A DNA stretch of 64,000 bases from Isurus oxyrinchus (Eukaryota), in the NCBI GenBank assembly GCA_026770705.1, contig JANJGN010000005.1:76012001-76076000 (forward strand). The letters run 5' to 3'. Numbering within the stretch: the stretch's first letter is position 1; every line of letters starts with the position of its first letter. Positions 24,351 through 36,830 of the stretch are shown here, in pieces. The translations under genes were made by a program, and so were the position numbers. Under the pieces are notes generated by a model. That model was not told the origin of the DNA, did not search any database, and was given only the letters and a program-made list of their open reading frames with translations.

Positions 24351-24499
24351 ATTATTATTATCTTGCTTATGGTTATCATTTTGGTAAAAGTGTGAGAACA
24401 GGTGCTAAGTGGGTGCTATGCGATTCAGACATACCGTCTCCGACTTACCCCATGTGGATTTCAACTGAAATTCCATCCTTCTTGTTTCGAACCCACCAA

Positions 24500-24770
24500 G
24501 GATTATTATCTGCTCCTATCACTGCTTTCTTGTCCCTACAACCACACCACCCCCCTCCACTTCTCTCCCCCCACCCAACCCCCACCCCCACCTTAAACCA
24601 GCTTATATTTCACCCCTCTCCTTAGATTCACCCAGTTCTGTTGAAGGGTCATGAGGACTCGAAATGTCAACTCTTTTCTTCTCCGCCGATGCTGCCAGAC
24701 TTGCTGAGTTTTTCCAGGTAATTCTGTTTTTGTTTTGGATTTCCAGCATCTGCAGTTTTTTGTTTTTATG
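24500..24770 (+). mobile_element. Solo Penelope pseudo-LTR with hammerhead-like motif (24634-24672)
   Basis: Similar to 60370-60590. Motif reads AGTT-CTGTTGA-AGGGTC-ATGAG-GACTC-GAAA-TGTC-AACT. Confidence 0.8.
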
Positions 24771-25249
24771 CCTACTTGAAAATCTGGTTTCAACATGCTT
24801 ATTTAGACTACTAAAACTTGAATTTGCCTGGGGGCGCTAAAACGGAGACATCTGCAGGTTTAGTAGTCCAGGACTGTGTCGATGGAGTTTTCATTAGTAT
24901 GCTGGCTGACACACAATGGCACATCTCAAAATTGTTCAGGTGCCAATGGAGAGAGTGCACAGCTTCTCAGTCATGGTACTCGATGTAGTGGCGGAGGAAG
25001 TCCAGATGAGTAAGGATGTCCTGCATCTGCAGGGTGGAGGAATCCGCTCCGAACTCCTGTCTCCCACTCCTCCTTTACCTCTCCTCCTCTTCCTCCTGCT
25101 GCTCTTGTGGCTCTTAAGCAGGTGAAAAGAGGCCCCAGAAGTAGTAACCAATATCTAGAAGAGTAGATGAAAAAAGGACAAAGATATAGTAACCTCTGTC
25201 TAGAAAAGCTGTCCAACCGAGTCCACTCTGTGACTCCAGAACAGAACTA

Positions 25250-26400
25250 TCACATTCTGAGAGAAATTGAAGTGTAACATCACAGGAAAACAGATAAGTG
25301 ATTGGTTGGTGAACATTTTGCTTGTTTGCCTTTAAAACTTGTAATTTATCAGTAATTGTAAGGTTTTATACAGTAAGGTTCAGTAGCTATCGTAAAGGTT
25401 GTTGGGAGTAGCAATGTTTATTAATTACAAAGTAATTAAGAATAAATTAATTAGTAATAAAGATGGCAGGACAGGTGATATGTTGTGGCTGCAGAATGTG
25501 GGAGCTCCTGGACTCCACTGGGGCAAGCATGTCTGGAGTTAGTGTCTTAGGCTTGAGGAGATTCGGCTCAGAGTCATTGAGCTGGAGGCTGAGCTGCAGA
25601 CGCTGTGATGCATCAGGGTGGGGGAAAGTTACCTGGACACTTTGTACCAGGAGTCAGTCACACCCTTCAGTACAGGATTTTCTGATTTGGTCAGTGGTCA
25701 GGTTGTCAGAGGTAGCACATTTTGTTAGGAAGAATAGAGAGATCATTTATTCCTTGGAAAGAGTGAGTCTAGGTGGGGTAGAGGGACAAAAGGATTTCAG
25801 TGTACAACACAATCACTGAAAGTTGCACCACAGGTTAGCAAGGCCTCAAAAATGAACTGTTATGTTTGAAAGCAGGGAAGTTATTCTAAACCCATATCGA
25901 ACATGGTTAGACCACACTTGCACAGTGCATGATTCTGGGGTCAACATATTTTAACAATAATGTGGAGGCACTGGAGGGAGTGCAGAGAGGATTTACAAGG
26001 ATGTTGCCAGATACTTATCAGGAAAGGATGCATAGGATGGATATCTTTTCTTTCATTAAAAGAAACCTGAGTGATGGCCTAATAGAGGTCTTTAAAATTC
26101 TGAAAGGTCTTGATAGAGTGGATACAGAGAGAGTGCTTGTTTAACGTGGTGACCAAGAAACCCAATAGGGAATTCAGAAGAAACTTCTTAATCCAAAGAG
26201 TGGTGAGAATGTGGAACTCACAAAAATAGAGAGTGATTGAAATGAATAGTATAGGTGCAATAGTGGGAAAGTTGGCAAACATATGAGCAAGAAGTGAATA
26301 GAGGGTTATACTGAAAGAATTAGATGAGGAAAATTGGGAAGAGGCTCAAGTGGAGCCAGCATGGATTGGTTGGGCTGAATAGCCTCTTTCTGTGCCATAT
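25250..26400 (+). mobile_element. Internally deleted CR1 (ORF1 start fused to ORF2 3' end)
   Basis: MAGQVICCGCRMWEL ORF1 zinc-finger start, then an abrupt switch near 25700 to ORF2 C-terminus (EALEGVQRGFTRMLP, LIEVFKILKG) and 3' UTR. Confidence 0.75.
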
Positions 26401-26849
26401 ATTTAATGAATGTAATCCTATGGCCAGAATTTTCCTGTTGGTGTGTGGGGATGGGCCCCGTATGTCTTCACGTAAAATGACGAGCGGTGACGTTGGGTGA
26501 TGTCCTGATTTCACCGTGTGCCTTCGCGATATTTTGCGCATCAGATATCATCGCATGCCCGCCATTAATTAACGGGCCTCTTAAGGCCCTTGAGGTACCA
26601 AACGACAGCGATTTTTCGGTGCCTTTGCAATCTTCGGGTCGGCGCATGGGTGCAACGGGCAGGTGGGTAGGACACATTTGTATAAACCTCATCCACGGGC
26701 AGGATAAGAGGGCTCAGTGGGGTGGCTAGTGTGCTTTGTCAAATATTGATGTTTCAAAGTTACTGATACTTGCCTGCGTGATCTTTAGTGCTTCAAAACA
26801 CATACCTGCTGTTTGGTCTGTACTCACAACCTTCAGGTCAGCACCCTGC

Positions 26850-28139
26850 AGTGAGGAATCTTTTTTGGGCCTGCAGGTTTCAGGAAGCCTTCCCTTAGAC
26901 TGGGAATAGGAACTGAACTCTCCATTGGAGGCACCTCCTCTGAGGAAGAAGGGAGGGCTAGAAAGGAGAGGAGGCCAGGAGTGTACATTCAGCCTCCAGG
27001 GGAGCCACCTTTGGGAGGACAGACCTAGACACAAGGGGCACAGGGCCAAGAGGTAGACCAAGGTGGAAGGGGTCGCAGAGGATGCCACTATCCTGCTGCC
27101 AGGGTTTACAGGCAGCGAAGCAGCTACCTCAAAATGTCTGAGGTGCAGTGCCAAAGGAGGCTCCGTCTCTCAAGGGAGACAGTTAACAGTATCTGTCAGA
27201 TGATTGGGCCTGAGATCTCCCCTAACTTTTTGGTGGACACCCCATACCAGTGGCTCTAAAGGTCACAGCTGCCCTCAACTTCAATGCCTCTGGCTCCTTC
27301 CAGGGTCAATGGGTGATCTTTGCGGTGTCTCCCAATCAGCTGTCCACACTTGTGTCAAGCAGGTTACAGATGCTCTGTTCAGGCGTGAAATGACCTTCAT
27401 CCACTTCCATTGGGACCAGGAAAGCCAGACACTGTGAGCCAGAGGCTTCACGGCCATTGCTGGCTTCCCCCGCATCCAGGGTGCAATAGATTGTGCATAC
27501 ATGGCCATCAAGGCACCAGCAGGTGAGCCCGGTGCCTTCGTCAACAGGAAGGGCTTCCACTCCATGAACATGCAGATAGTGTGTGACCACAGGATGCTGA
27601 TTTTACAAGTCTGTGCAAGGTACCCTGGCAGCTCCTACGATGCCTACATCCTCAGACACTCCCAGGTGCCGGGGCTCTTCAGTGCTCCGGCTCGGCTGGA
27701 TGGTTGGCTTCTGGGTGACAAGGGCTATCCCCTCAGAAGGTGGCTCATGAAGCCTCTATGCCATCCAATATCAGAGGCTGAGCAGCTGTGTAACAGGAAC
27801 CACACCTCCACAAGGGCTGTGGTGGAGAGAGCCATCGGTCTTCTCAAGATGCACTTCCGACGTCTGGAACGCTCAGGGGGAGCACTCCAGTACTTCCCAG
27901 ATCGTGTGTCGCTGATAGTGGTTGCATGCTGCCCTCTCCACAATCTTGTACTGGAAAGGGGGGTTGCTGTGGATGATGAAGACATCGACGTAGTTGTTGT
28001 GGATGCACACGATGAGTCCAGCAGTGAGTCTGAGGATGAGCACGCACAGGGAAATGCTGGGGGGGTAGATGCTGACCCGTGCATATTCCAGGGAGGCAGG
28101 GACACCCGGGAGGCTTTAATCCAAAGAACCTTCAGCTAG
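26850..28139 (+). pseudogene. HARBI1-like DDE transposase (disrupted 5' half, 212-aa intact C-terminal ORF)
   Basis: GAIDC, NRKGFHSMNMQIVCD, YPGSSYD, LLGDKGY and VVERAIGLLK motifs. In-frame TGA at 27435 and upstream frameshifts. Confidence 0.9.
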
Positions 28140-29882
28140 CACACCACAGATGGGTCTCCAGGACAAGCCGGGGCTGCAGGCTCCATTTTCGATACCTTAG
28201 TGCAAAATCTGCCTGGTCAGGAACATTAACTAAGGGCCTTATTAATAAAGCTGAATGTCCCACAATACATTAATAACATTTTTGGAAACCATCCACCTGC
28301 AGAAGATAAGAGACGCCCTCACCCATGATGACATATCCGAATTTAATATTATAACCAAACAAACCTAAGGAAACAAAATGACAAAGGTGTTAAGAATCAT
28401 TCCAACTCATAAAGACCTCATTGTGGGCCAACACAAAAGCACCAGTGATAAACCTGTGGTGTTCCTAAGGTGCCTTATGTTTACATTTTCGGGTGCTACA
28501 TATTGGTGCTGACCCCTCACTGGGAGTGGCATCTTAGACAGCCTGCTGACCCTGCTGTCCTGTTGGCCTCGATGACCTTGGCGGTCATCCTCTGCATGTG
28601 GAGCCTGTGCTTGCCCTGTCTGAGAGGGAGCTGCCAGTTCCACAGTTGGCATCTCCCCAGTCGCCGCAGCCTCACTGGATGCAGCAGTCACTGGCAGACC
28701 TCATCTGGAGCACCCTGAGAGGAGACCTCAGGCTTGACAGGCAGCTGCTGCACTGACATGAGGTCGCTTCGGACCTCCTTGCTCACCGATGGATGTGCAC
28801 CGAGCTGGGAAACTGGATGCCCAGGCCATCTCCCACGCTGGCACTGACCAGCTGAGGTCAATGCTGATGTGAGGGCTTGCTGGTCGGAGCACGTCCCAGG
28901 AAGCCCTGATTGGTCTCCTGGAGTAGTCTCACCACAAGAGTCGCCACTCTTCCCATGGAGGACGCATGGTGCTCGGCCATGAGGCTCATTGCTTTGGCGA
29001 TAGTCTGCGTAGACTCCTCCACCACGGACACCAAGGCAAGCATAGCCTCATATATCTCCACTAGATGCTCCCGCACACCCGGCTGCATTTCCTGGGTTTG
29101 CTGCGTCATGGACAATTTCAGAGGCACATCATCAGGCACCGACTGAGCATGCACCTGGTCCCCTTCAGTCCTCCGACTGCTGGCACCATGGGCACTCTCT
29201 GTCTCTGCCAGTTCCTCCAGCGACTGTGAAGTGCCCTCGCTATTGTGCCCAGGGACATTAGCCGATGTTCTAATTGCCACCGAGGTGCTAGTATCTGTGC
29301 TGGTGATGGTGTGATGCTGGTGAGACCTCAGGGCCCTCAGGTGTGAGAGGGGGCCTCTGCTGCTCCTCTTCCTGGCCCTGCTCTGCTGGTGCTGAAAGGA
29401 AGAGCAAGGACATTGGATTAGTTAGCGTGGAGACAATGTCAATGTGCATCCCTGTCCCCCAGTTCATTATGCATTCATCCTTCCATAAGCAATGCTCAAG
29501 ACATGTTGTAAACTTCAACCTCTGAATATTCAGCACTGCCATGGCTGTTGGGAGAACAATGGTGGCCTCACTGCTGGGCAAACATACCTGCCCGTGGCAC
29601 CCCAGCCTCACCAACATTGGTGGACCTGGGTGCATGGCGCCTCTCCAAATCCTGGGCCTCCTGCTTGAAGCGGCTGAGAATCGGCAACCGCGCCAGGCTG
29701 CTGTGAGTCCTCACCTGCTTGGCGGCATTATGTACATTCTTCTGTTGAAGAGGAGAGCAGGGCATTGATTAGTGCTACTTGTACCTGGATTCTCTTCGTG
29801 GATGGCCCACCCCAACCAGAGTGGACATTGCAGGACTCCAGTGCCTCTTTACTCTGCTGCTACCAAACATTCACACAGAGAT

Positions 29883-30117
29883 AAAAACAAAAATAGCTGG
29901 AAAACCTCAGCAGGTCTGACAACATCTGCAGAGAGGAATACAGTTAACGTTTCGAGTCTGTATGACTCTTCATCAGAACTCAGTTCTGGTGAAGAGTCAT
30001 TCGGACTTGAACGTTAACTGTGTTCGTCTCTGCAGATGCTGTCAGACCTGATGAGTTTTTCCAGCTATTTTTGTTTTTGTTTCAGATTTCCAGCATCTGC
30101 AGTATTTTGCTTTTAAC
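29883..30117. mobile_element. Palindromic pair of Penelope pseudo-LTR ends inserted in a Harbinger intron
   Basis: 29883-29980 is the inverted copy of 29982-~30078. Flanked by TCACACA(G/A)AGAT direct repeat at 29871-29882 and 30118-30129. Confidence 0.85.
29942..29980 (-). ncRNA. Minimal type I hammerhead ribozyme
   Basis: Minus strand reads AGTT-CTGATGA-AGAGTC-ATACA-GACTC-GAAA-CGTT-AACT: intact CUGAUGA/GAAA core, stem I AGTT/AACT, and palindromic stem III as known for Penelope-like elements. Confidence 0.8.
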
Positions 30118-31299
30118 TCACACAAAGATGACTGGCCTGTCCCCCCACCAACCACCTCACCATCCCTTGGCCAAATGCTGCCTACATCATATTAGGCACC
30201 AGATGGTCTAACCTTCCATAACAAGGAGGCACATGCACGTGGAGTGCAGAGGACAGCAGATTGCCACCTTGAATCTCCCCTCCCAGCATGTCATCACCCT
30301 GACTTTGACATGTACTGGAGTTCCAGCACTGCGCCTGGTCCAGCTCCTCCAGGTTGCCACCAAAACAGTAATGTGGGTCTCAGCGTACCACATGCTAGGG
30401 TGGCAGAACCCATCTCTTCACCACCCTCTCAGGGTGACCTTGGCATGGGCAATATCTGCTGGCCCACCCAGTGAAGGACACATGCTGTCAATGATTCAAT
30501 GCAGTTACTACGCTCAGACTTGGGGGTGGGGGGTGGGGTGGTGGGGGGGGGGGGGGGCACCAGGAGTGAAAGCTGGGTTAAGTGACCAGTGCCAACGTGG
30601 TACTCAGTCTTCCTGAGCACAATAGGTCATTAAAGCGCTTGCGACACTGGATCCAGGTGTGCCGCACCACGTTGTGGGAACTCACCACCTCCACCACCTC
30701 TTCCCAGGTATGTTTGGTCATGTGGAGGGGCCTCCTCCTCCTGTCCTGGGGTACGAGGACCTCCTGCCATGTTGCCACCTGTTCGAGGAGGGCACCAAGG
30801 CAATCGTCTGAAAAACGAGGGGCTCAGTGCACCCCTGCCCTACCCTCTTGCCTGTCCTGCTCACCAGCAGCTCTCTAGGAAGCTCTTCCACTGGCCATGA
30901 TTCACAGCCTTTGAAAGGCTGAAGCAACTTTTTTAAAACAGGCAGCTGGGTCGCCATTGGGCTTGGAGGTCATTGCAGTCCCACCACCGCCCGCCCACTC
31001 CCGCTGTCCTTGGGAGCTGTGATTCACGCTGGATGGGCTTTAGTTGGCTCGCCCGTGTAAAATGGCAGCACAGACCCGATCACTGGCAGCAACCGGGTCC
31101 ATGCCCACCCGCACCCTCTCCCATTCTGCCTGCCCGATAGGCAGAAAATTCTGCCCTTTGTATATAATCCCCAGCAGTGCTATTTAAAGGCCTATCTTGC
31201 AAATAAAGTGTTTATGAATTACCTTTGCTTTTGTAAAGTTTGTGGAAGTACTGTGGTGTGTCCTTAGAGGAGTTTGGGTGGTTTGTGGGATTTTGAAAG

Positions 31300-33900
31300 G
31301 AGTGTTACTGATTCTGACAGGGAGGACAGAGAGGTTTTTTTTGCCTTATGTATAAAGCCTCCTTTTGGGTTGAAAACTGACAGGGACATGGAGCTGAAGT
31401 TGCAGAGAAGGGAAGCTGTGCACAGAGGATTTTCCACAGAAGGCCTTACACAGCTAAGTTTTTCAGGGAGCACACCTCACTTGCACCCCAGCCAGGAACA
31501 GTGCCATTCCCCAGGGAGGTGATCACAAAACTGTGTCAACAGACCTAGCCTCATAGCAAGGACGAGGACGAGGACGAGGTTTCCAGTCTACTAAAGTGCA
31601 GTTAGTGAGCCGGCCAGGCAGGAGGGTAGGGCAGGGTACACTGTGCCCCTCGTTTTTCAGGTGATTGCTTTGCTGCCCTCCTGAGGAGGTCGCAGCACGG
31701 CGGGAGGTCCTCGTACCTCAGGACGGGAGGAGGAGGTCTGCTCACATGACCAAACGTGGCTGGGAGGAGGTGGCGGAGGTGGTGAGCTCCCACGATGTGT
31801 TGCGGTGCACATGGATCTAGTGCTGCAAGTGCTTTAATGACCTGTTACGCTCAGGAAGGGCGAGTACCATGTTGGCAAGGACTGCCTGTAGTCATAAAGT
31901 TCACTTTCTCTCTCAACTTCTTTGCAGCCAGGTCCTTATAGGTGAGAGCAAGTTACATTGCCAACATTTCCCAGTTTGCCATCCATCTTTGTACCTGAGA
32001 GGTGCCATAGGTCCTATATGAACAGAGAGGAGTCCGCATTATCTCTCGAAGCAGAAAGAGCATAGGATCATAAGAAATAGGAGCAGGAGTAGACTACACA
32101 GCTCATTAAGCCTGCTCCACCATTCAATACTCTCATGGCTGTTCTTGGGCATCAACTCCAAAGAAACAGAAGGATGGGCATGTGGCGGAGGGATTCCAAT
32201 GGTGTAGGGAGCCATTGACTGTATGCATGTGGCTCTGCCGGTTCTTACCTCAAAGGTTTCTGATCTATTAAAGTGCAGTTGGTGAATAATCATATACAGA
32301 CCATCATGTGAATGAAAGCTTACTATCCTGACAGCCATGACACCTTCATCCTGAGGCAGTCTGCTGTGATCTCTGTGCCACCATGAAGAACCAGAACCTG
32401 ATTGTTTGGAGAGAAAGGCAGACGATCCCTCAACCATCTGACGATGACGTGATCCATCCTGCCGGCTATAATGGAGAAGACCATCAGCATTCTCAAACAA
32501 CAGTTCTGCTGCCTGGACCCCTCCAACATTTGATGAAGTGTGTCCAAATTTCCTTCATAACCTTGCGATTATGAGGGCACAGATTTTGCCACCATGGTGG
32601 TCAGTCACTTCAGCAGGCAGAGGAGGCCCCTTTTTTCTGGGCAGATTGTCTGTGAGTGCATACTGAGTATTCGGTTTCCTTAAGACATCGCCATCTTTCA
32701 ATCCTTTCTTTTATTTATTGGATGTGGGCATCACTGGCTAGGCCAGCATTTATTGCCCATCCTAATTGTTCTTGTTTAGAGGGCATTTAAGAGTAAACCA
32801 CATTGCTGTGGGTCTGGATTCACATGTAGCCAGACCAGGTAAGGATGATTGAAGCAGATAGGTTTTTAAGGCAATCAGCAATGGTTTCATTCGATTTTTA
32901 ATTCCAGATTTTTATTGAGTTCAAGTTCCACCAATTGCCATGGCAGGATTTGAACCCAGATTCCTCAGATCATTATGCTGGGTTCTGGATTACTAGTCCA
33001 GTGACAATACCACTACACCATCGCCTCCCTATTTGCTGTGAATCATCACAGAGTCCTCTAGGACAAAATCTTGAACTAAAAGGAATCAACAAAAAATATT
33101 TCCAGAACAACTTTATATAGTACATTAATACATACAAACCTGAATTATTCATTTGATAGTAGGTTAGTGCTCCACTGAAACCCTCTGGTGTGGTGCGTCA
33201 GTAATCCTAGAAGACAGATTACTGGACTGCCTCGAGTGCCTGCAAGCTTCCGTGAGCATTGAGATCTACAGCCATGATAATAGCAGTCTGAGCCTGTATA
33301 TGGCAGCAAACATGAATCTCATGAACTCAGTCTAAGCTTCCATTGCAGCACTGAGACATAGTGTGGGTTCCCCCAATTCTGCAGTGGAAAGCGAGATATC
33401 AGCCATCAGAAGGTGTATCATGTGTGAGTCCACAGTGTTGCCATGAAGTTGGCCCACCACTCCTACGCTGGAAAGCATGGGCTCCAAGCTTTGCATGATG
33501 CTGTGTACCACTTTAGAGCTAGGGTCCTCCATGCTCCTTGACAGTGGCAACAAGTGATCTGACAGGCCAGCCAATGCACCAATCATCTCTGTGTGCATTC
33601 TTATCAGCATTCTCCTGTAAACTACTCGATCAAAGTCCTCAACTTAGCACCCTATAACAGAACCCATATCCAACCTGGTACTCCAGTAAGATGGCACATG
33701 AACAATCTTTTCCGCCTGGCTTAGCTGCAGCCTATTCGTGCTAGGTGACTCACCACGTGCAGATCCCAACTCTATACTGTTCTCTGAGATATGTGCAGTA
33801 GTAGTATCTGAAATGATGGTTCTATTTGTCAGATCAAGTGAGGGTGCTTCCTTATCAGAGGTCTCTAGCAGCTCTTGTCCTTCCTCAAGAGGCCACAGGG
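31300..33900. mobile_element. Old, heavily decayed Harbinger (transposase + strand ~31350-32650, Myb remnant - strand ~33160-33900) with nested inserts
   Basis: GAIDCMHVAL at ~32207 and SHDTFILRQS at ~32332. Nested inserts are an inverted Myb exon copy, a CR1 tail and a SINE. Confidence 0.6.
32710..33029 (-). mobile_element. tRNA-derived SINE
   Basis: Reverse complement starts GGGAGGCGATGGTGTAGTGG (A box) and has GGGTTCAAATCC (B box). The 3' tail is shared with LINE ends at ~22405-22450. Confidence 0.7.
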
Positions 33901-34769
33901 CTGGTGAAGGGGGTATATGAAAGTGTAATTGCAGAGGGGAGGTTGGGGTGAGGGAAATGAAGTGGGGTGGGAAGCAAAAGGTCCATAGTCACATCAGCCA
34001 TAGCTTTTACTTCATGCCACAGAGCAAGATGAGAATTGAGATGGGTTTTGAGAAGGGTCCTAAGGCAGGAAAATACCATCATTTTGTTTTTATTCATTCT
34101 TAGGATATGAGCATAACTTGGAGGTGAACTTTCATGTTGCAATATACCTTTGCATCTGCTGCCCTTTTTCTTCTAGGTAGTCAAGGTCATGGGTTTGTTG
34201 TGAGTGTTGGCGCATTACTGCAGTGCCTCTTGTAGATAGTATACATTCAAGCCTCTGTGCATCAGTGTTGGGGATGGGTGGTCGGTGCAGCTGGGGGAAG
34301 GTGCAGAGAGGATTTACAAGGACGTTACCAGAAATTCATGGGTATATATATCAGGAATGGATCCACACAGCTGCCTTAGGACAGCCATTGCCACTGGGAG
34401 CCCTCCATGAGCCACAGAGTGCACAAATAAGGGCCTCCCACCAAGACTATGGGGATGCTACCAGGCTCACCTGGCAGTCTCTCCACTTGGCTGAGGGCCC
34501 ATCCACTGCTGGTAAAACGGCAACAGCAGTGGGAAGAGGCCATTAATTGGCCTTTAATGGCTCCATTGGCCTTTGGGTGGGAGGGCTGTTCTCCACCTTC
34601 CCTGCCACTGTTAAAATGTCTTGCCGATAGGAAAACAGTGGGCATCCACCCCTGCCTTCCCTCGCCCTTTTATGCACCCCACCATCCACAGTCTTGCCCT
34701 ACACCACCCTCCACCTGTCTCCCAGCCCCTCCCTAGCGTGCTAGTGGTAAAATCTAGTCCCTTGAATCA

Positions 34770-35140
34770 TACGGTTGTGGATTCAAGCTCCTTTACAGAA
34801 CTGAACAGATAATTTAAGGTGACACCTTGGTGCAGCACTGAAGGAGTATTTGCAGATGTTGTCTTTCAGATGAGATATTAAATTGAGATCTTGTCTGCCG
34901 ACTTAGGTGAGCATAAAAAATCCAATAAAACTATTTAAAGAAGGGCAGGGATTTCTCATGATGGCCTGGTCAATATTCCTTCCACAGGCAATATTGGGCC
35001 ATTCATTTATTTGCTGTGTGCAAAATTGGCTGCCTCTTTTGCCAAAATAACAGTAGTGATCAGACTTCACAAGCAATCCACTCTTTCAATTGTACTTTGG
35101 GATGTCCGGATGTGCTATATAAGTGCATCTTCTTTCTTGC
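34770..35140 (+). mobile_element. Deu-domain SINE remnant (AmnSINE/SacSINE-like)
   Basis: GTCTTTCAGATGAGATATTAAA...AAATCC..ACTATTTAAAGAAGGGCAGGGATTTCTC resembles the Deu core as I recall it. L2-like tail GTGCTATATAAGTGCA. Confidence 0.55.
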
Positions 35141-35149
35141 TTTCATTCA

Positions 35150-35970
35150 CAGGAGACTGAAACAAGACAATCTATGAACCATCCTTTGAATTATGGTATT
35201 TCATATGACTTTCCACTTTTGACAAGTGAATGCCTTTGTCACCTCCCGACTCAAATATTTCACAGCTGAACTAGTTACGCTCCAACCTTAGCTAAAATTC
35301 TGCTGGCCATTATCTGTGATGAAGTTACCTGTGTTCTCTTGTGCTCTTGCATGCATGGTTTCAAACCTCATCATTATCACTAGTTTGCCAATGTGGACTT
35401 AATGAGCTAAATGTCTTCCTTCTATGCCATAATAACTCTGACCAAGACTTGTTTAATCATCATAGCTGTCCTTCATTGGATCCTGCTCCTCCAACGTCTC
35501 AAATTTAAAATGATCATCCTTTTGTTTAAATCCCTCTATGGCTTCACTCACCATATATCCATAACCTATTCTGGGCCACAACACTCCCCTCATTGCTCTC
35601 TGTTCCTCTGACTCAAGTCTCTTGTACATGCTATATTTTTGCCATACCATTGTCTGGTGTGCATTCAGCCACCTCGGCTACATTCTCTGAAACTTCATCT
35701 TTAAACCCACTGCTTCTCCACCTCCCTTTCTGAGCTCTCTTTTTCACCAACTCCCATCTTTGCATTTTATTGCTCTCTTCACCCCAACATTGGTAGCTTT
35801 GTCATTACCCACACTCTTATAATCTCTCCCTAAACCTCTCTGCCTCACCACTTATCTCTCCTATTCTCCATCAAACCTACCTTTTTGAAGAAAAATTTTG
35901 GTCATCCTCCTAATCTCCTCTCCATCTGTCATCGCAGTGTTCATTTTCTTCTGTGAAAAATCTTGAGATT
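35150..35970 (+). mobile_element. L2 LINE 3' remnants
   Basis: LHW...RLKFKMIILLFKSLYG is typical of the L2 ORF2 C-terminus. Confidence 0.6.
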
Positions 35971-36079
35971 TTTTTTTGTGTTAAATGCATACTCTTGTTG
36001 TATGTTGTTGTATAAGTGTATTTCTGTAGAAGTTGTACACCTTAGAGATTCGATAAACAGGTGGCATTAGGTATATGGC

Positions 36080-36830
36080 AGCTGGGTTGTGAGTAATTTC
36101 AGTTTCCTGCAGGGGTGTGCCTATAATAGCCTCTGCTGTAATGAATGCTGTCATCTTCTCCTCAAAGGGTGTCACTGCCTTCTGGGTATCAGTACCACCA
36201 TCTGTGCCAGTGCACACAAGGTGATTATAGATCATGTTTTCCAGTAATAGAAACAGGCTAACTTAAGCCAAGATAATGCCATCTTCCACTGGCTACTGTG
36301 ATCTCTCACCCTTCATTGAACACAGCGCGAGTGCAATATTTCTTTCTGATGTAGCTTCCTAGTTACATACAATACCACTTAGATTTATTTAAGTAACTCA
36401 CTGTAACATGCCATATGTAGTGAATACTTTCCTTTACAATTCAGCTGGTCTTACTGTATAAACGAAGGTTGCCAGTCTTTCATCCTGATAGTTTCATTGA
36501 CCTTTTTGAAGTCATGGAACTTTCTGTTTATAGCATTTCAAGTTTTGTTTGGTGGATTGTTCCTAGATATTTTCATGATTTCTTTCCATAACTTTTCTTG
36601 CTTTGCACAGTCTCTTTCCCTAGCCCCTAAATTGCTGCTCTTATTTTGAACGCAGTAACATTTCAAGATATCTGTTAAATAAGCGAGTCTTCTGTTAGTA
36701 AAATCAACCATTGTTCTAAATGTTTATTGTTCCTCAGGCTACAGCTACGTAAAAAAAATATGATAATGTAACTTGGTAAGCAATGTGTTAACTGCTTCAG
36801 GTCTGTGAAACGTTTTTTTTTATGATACCT
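36080..36830 (-). pseudogene. Divergent AT-rich Myb/SANT (trihelix) gene remnant
   Basis: Manual translation gives KQEKLWKEIMK...T*NAINRKFHDFKK (~36495-36610) and a second-exon-like TDGGT...TPFEEK (~36150-36210). Confidence 0.45.

Larger units (their letters stand above)
28420..30900 (-). pseudogene. Harbinger Myb/SANT gene (spliced, disrupted)
   Basis: APRFSD...WEEVVEVV...RHTWIQCRKRFNDL (30600-30830), with further exon-like pieces at ~29570-29850 and ~28450-29390. Confidence 0.75.
26422..31156 (+). mobile_element. Near full-length PIF/Harbinger transposon with convergent transposase and Myb/SANT genes
   Basis: TIRs GGCCAGAATTTT (26422) and AAAATTCTGCCC (31145-31156). Transposase on +, Myb/SANT on -. 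Confidence 0.88.
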
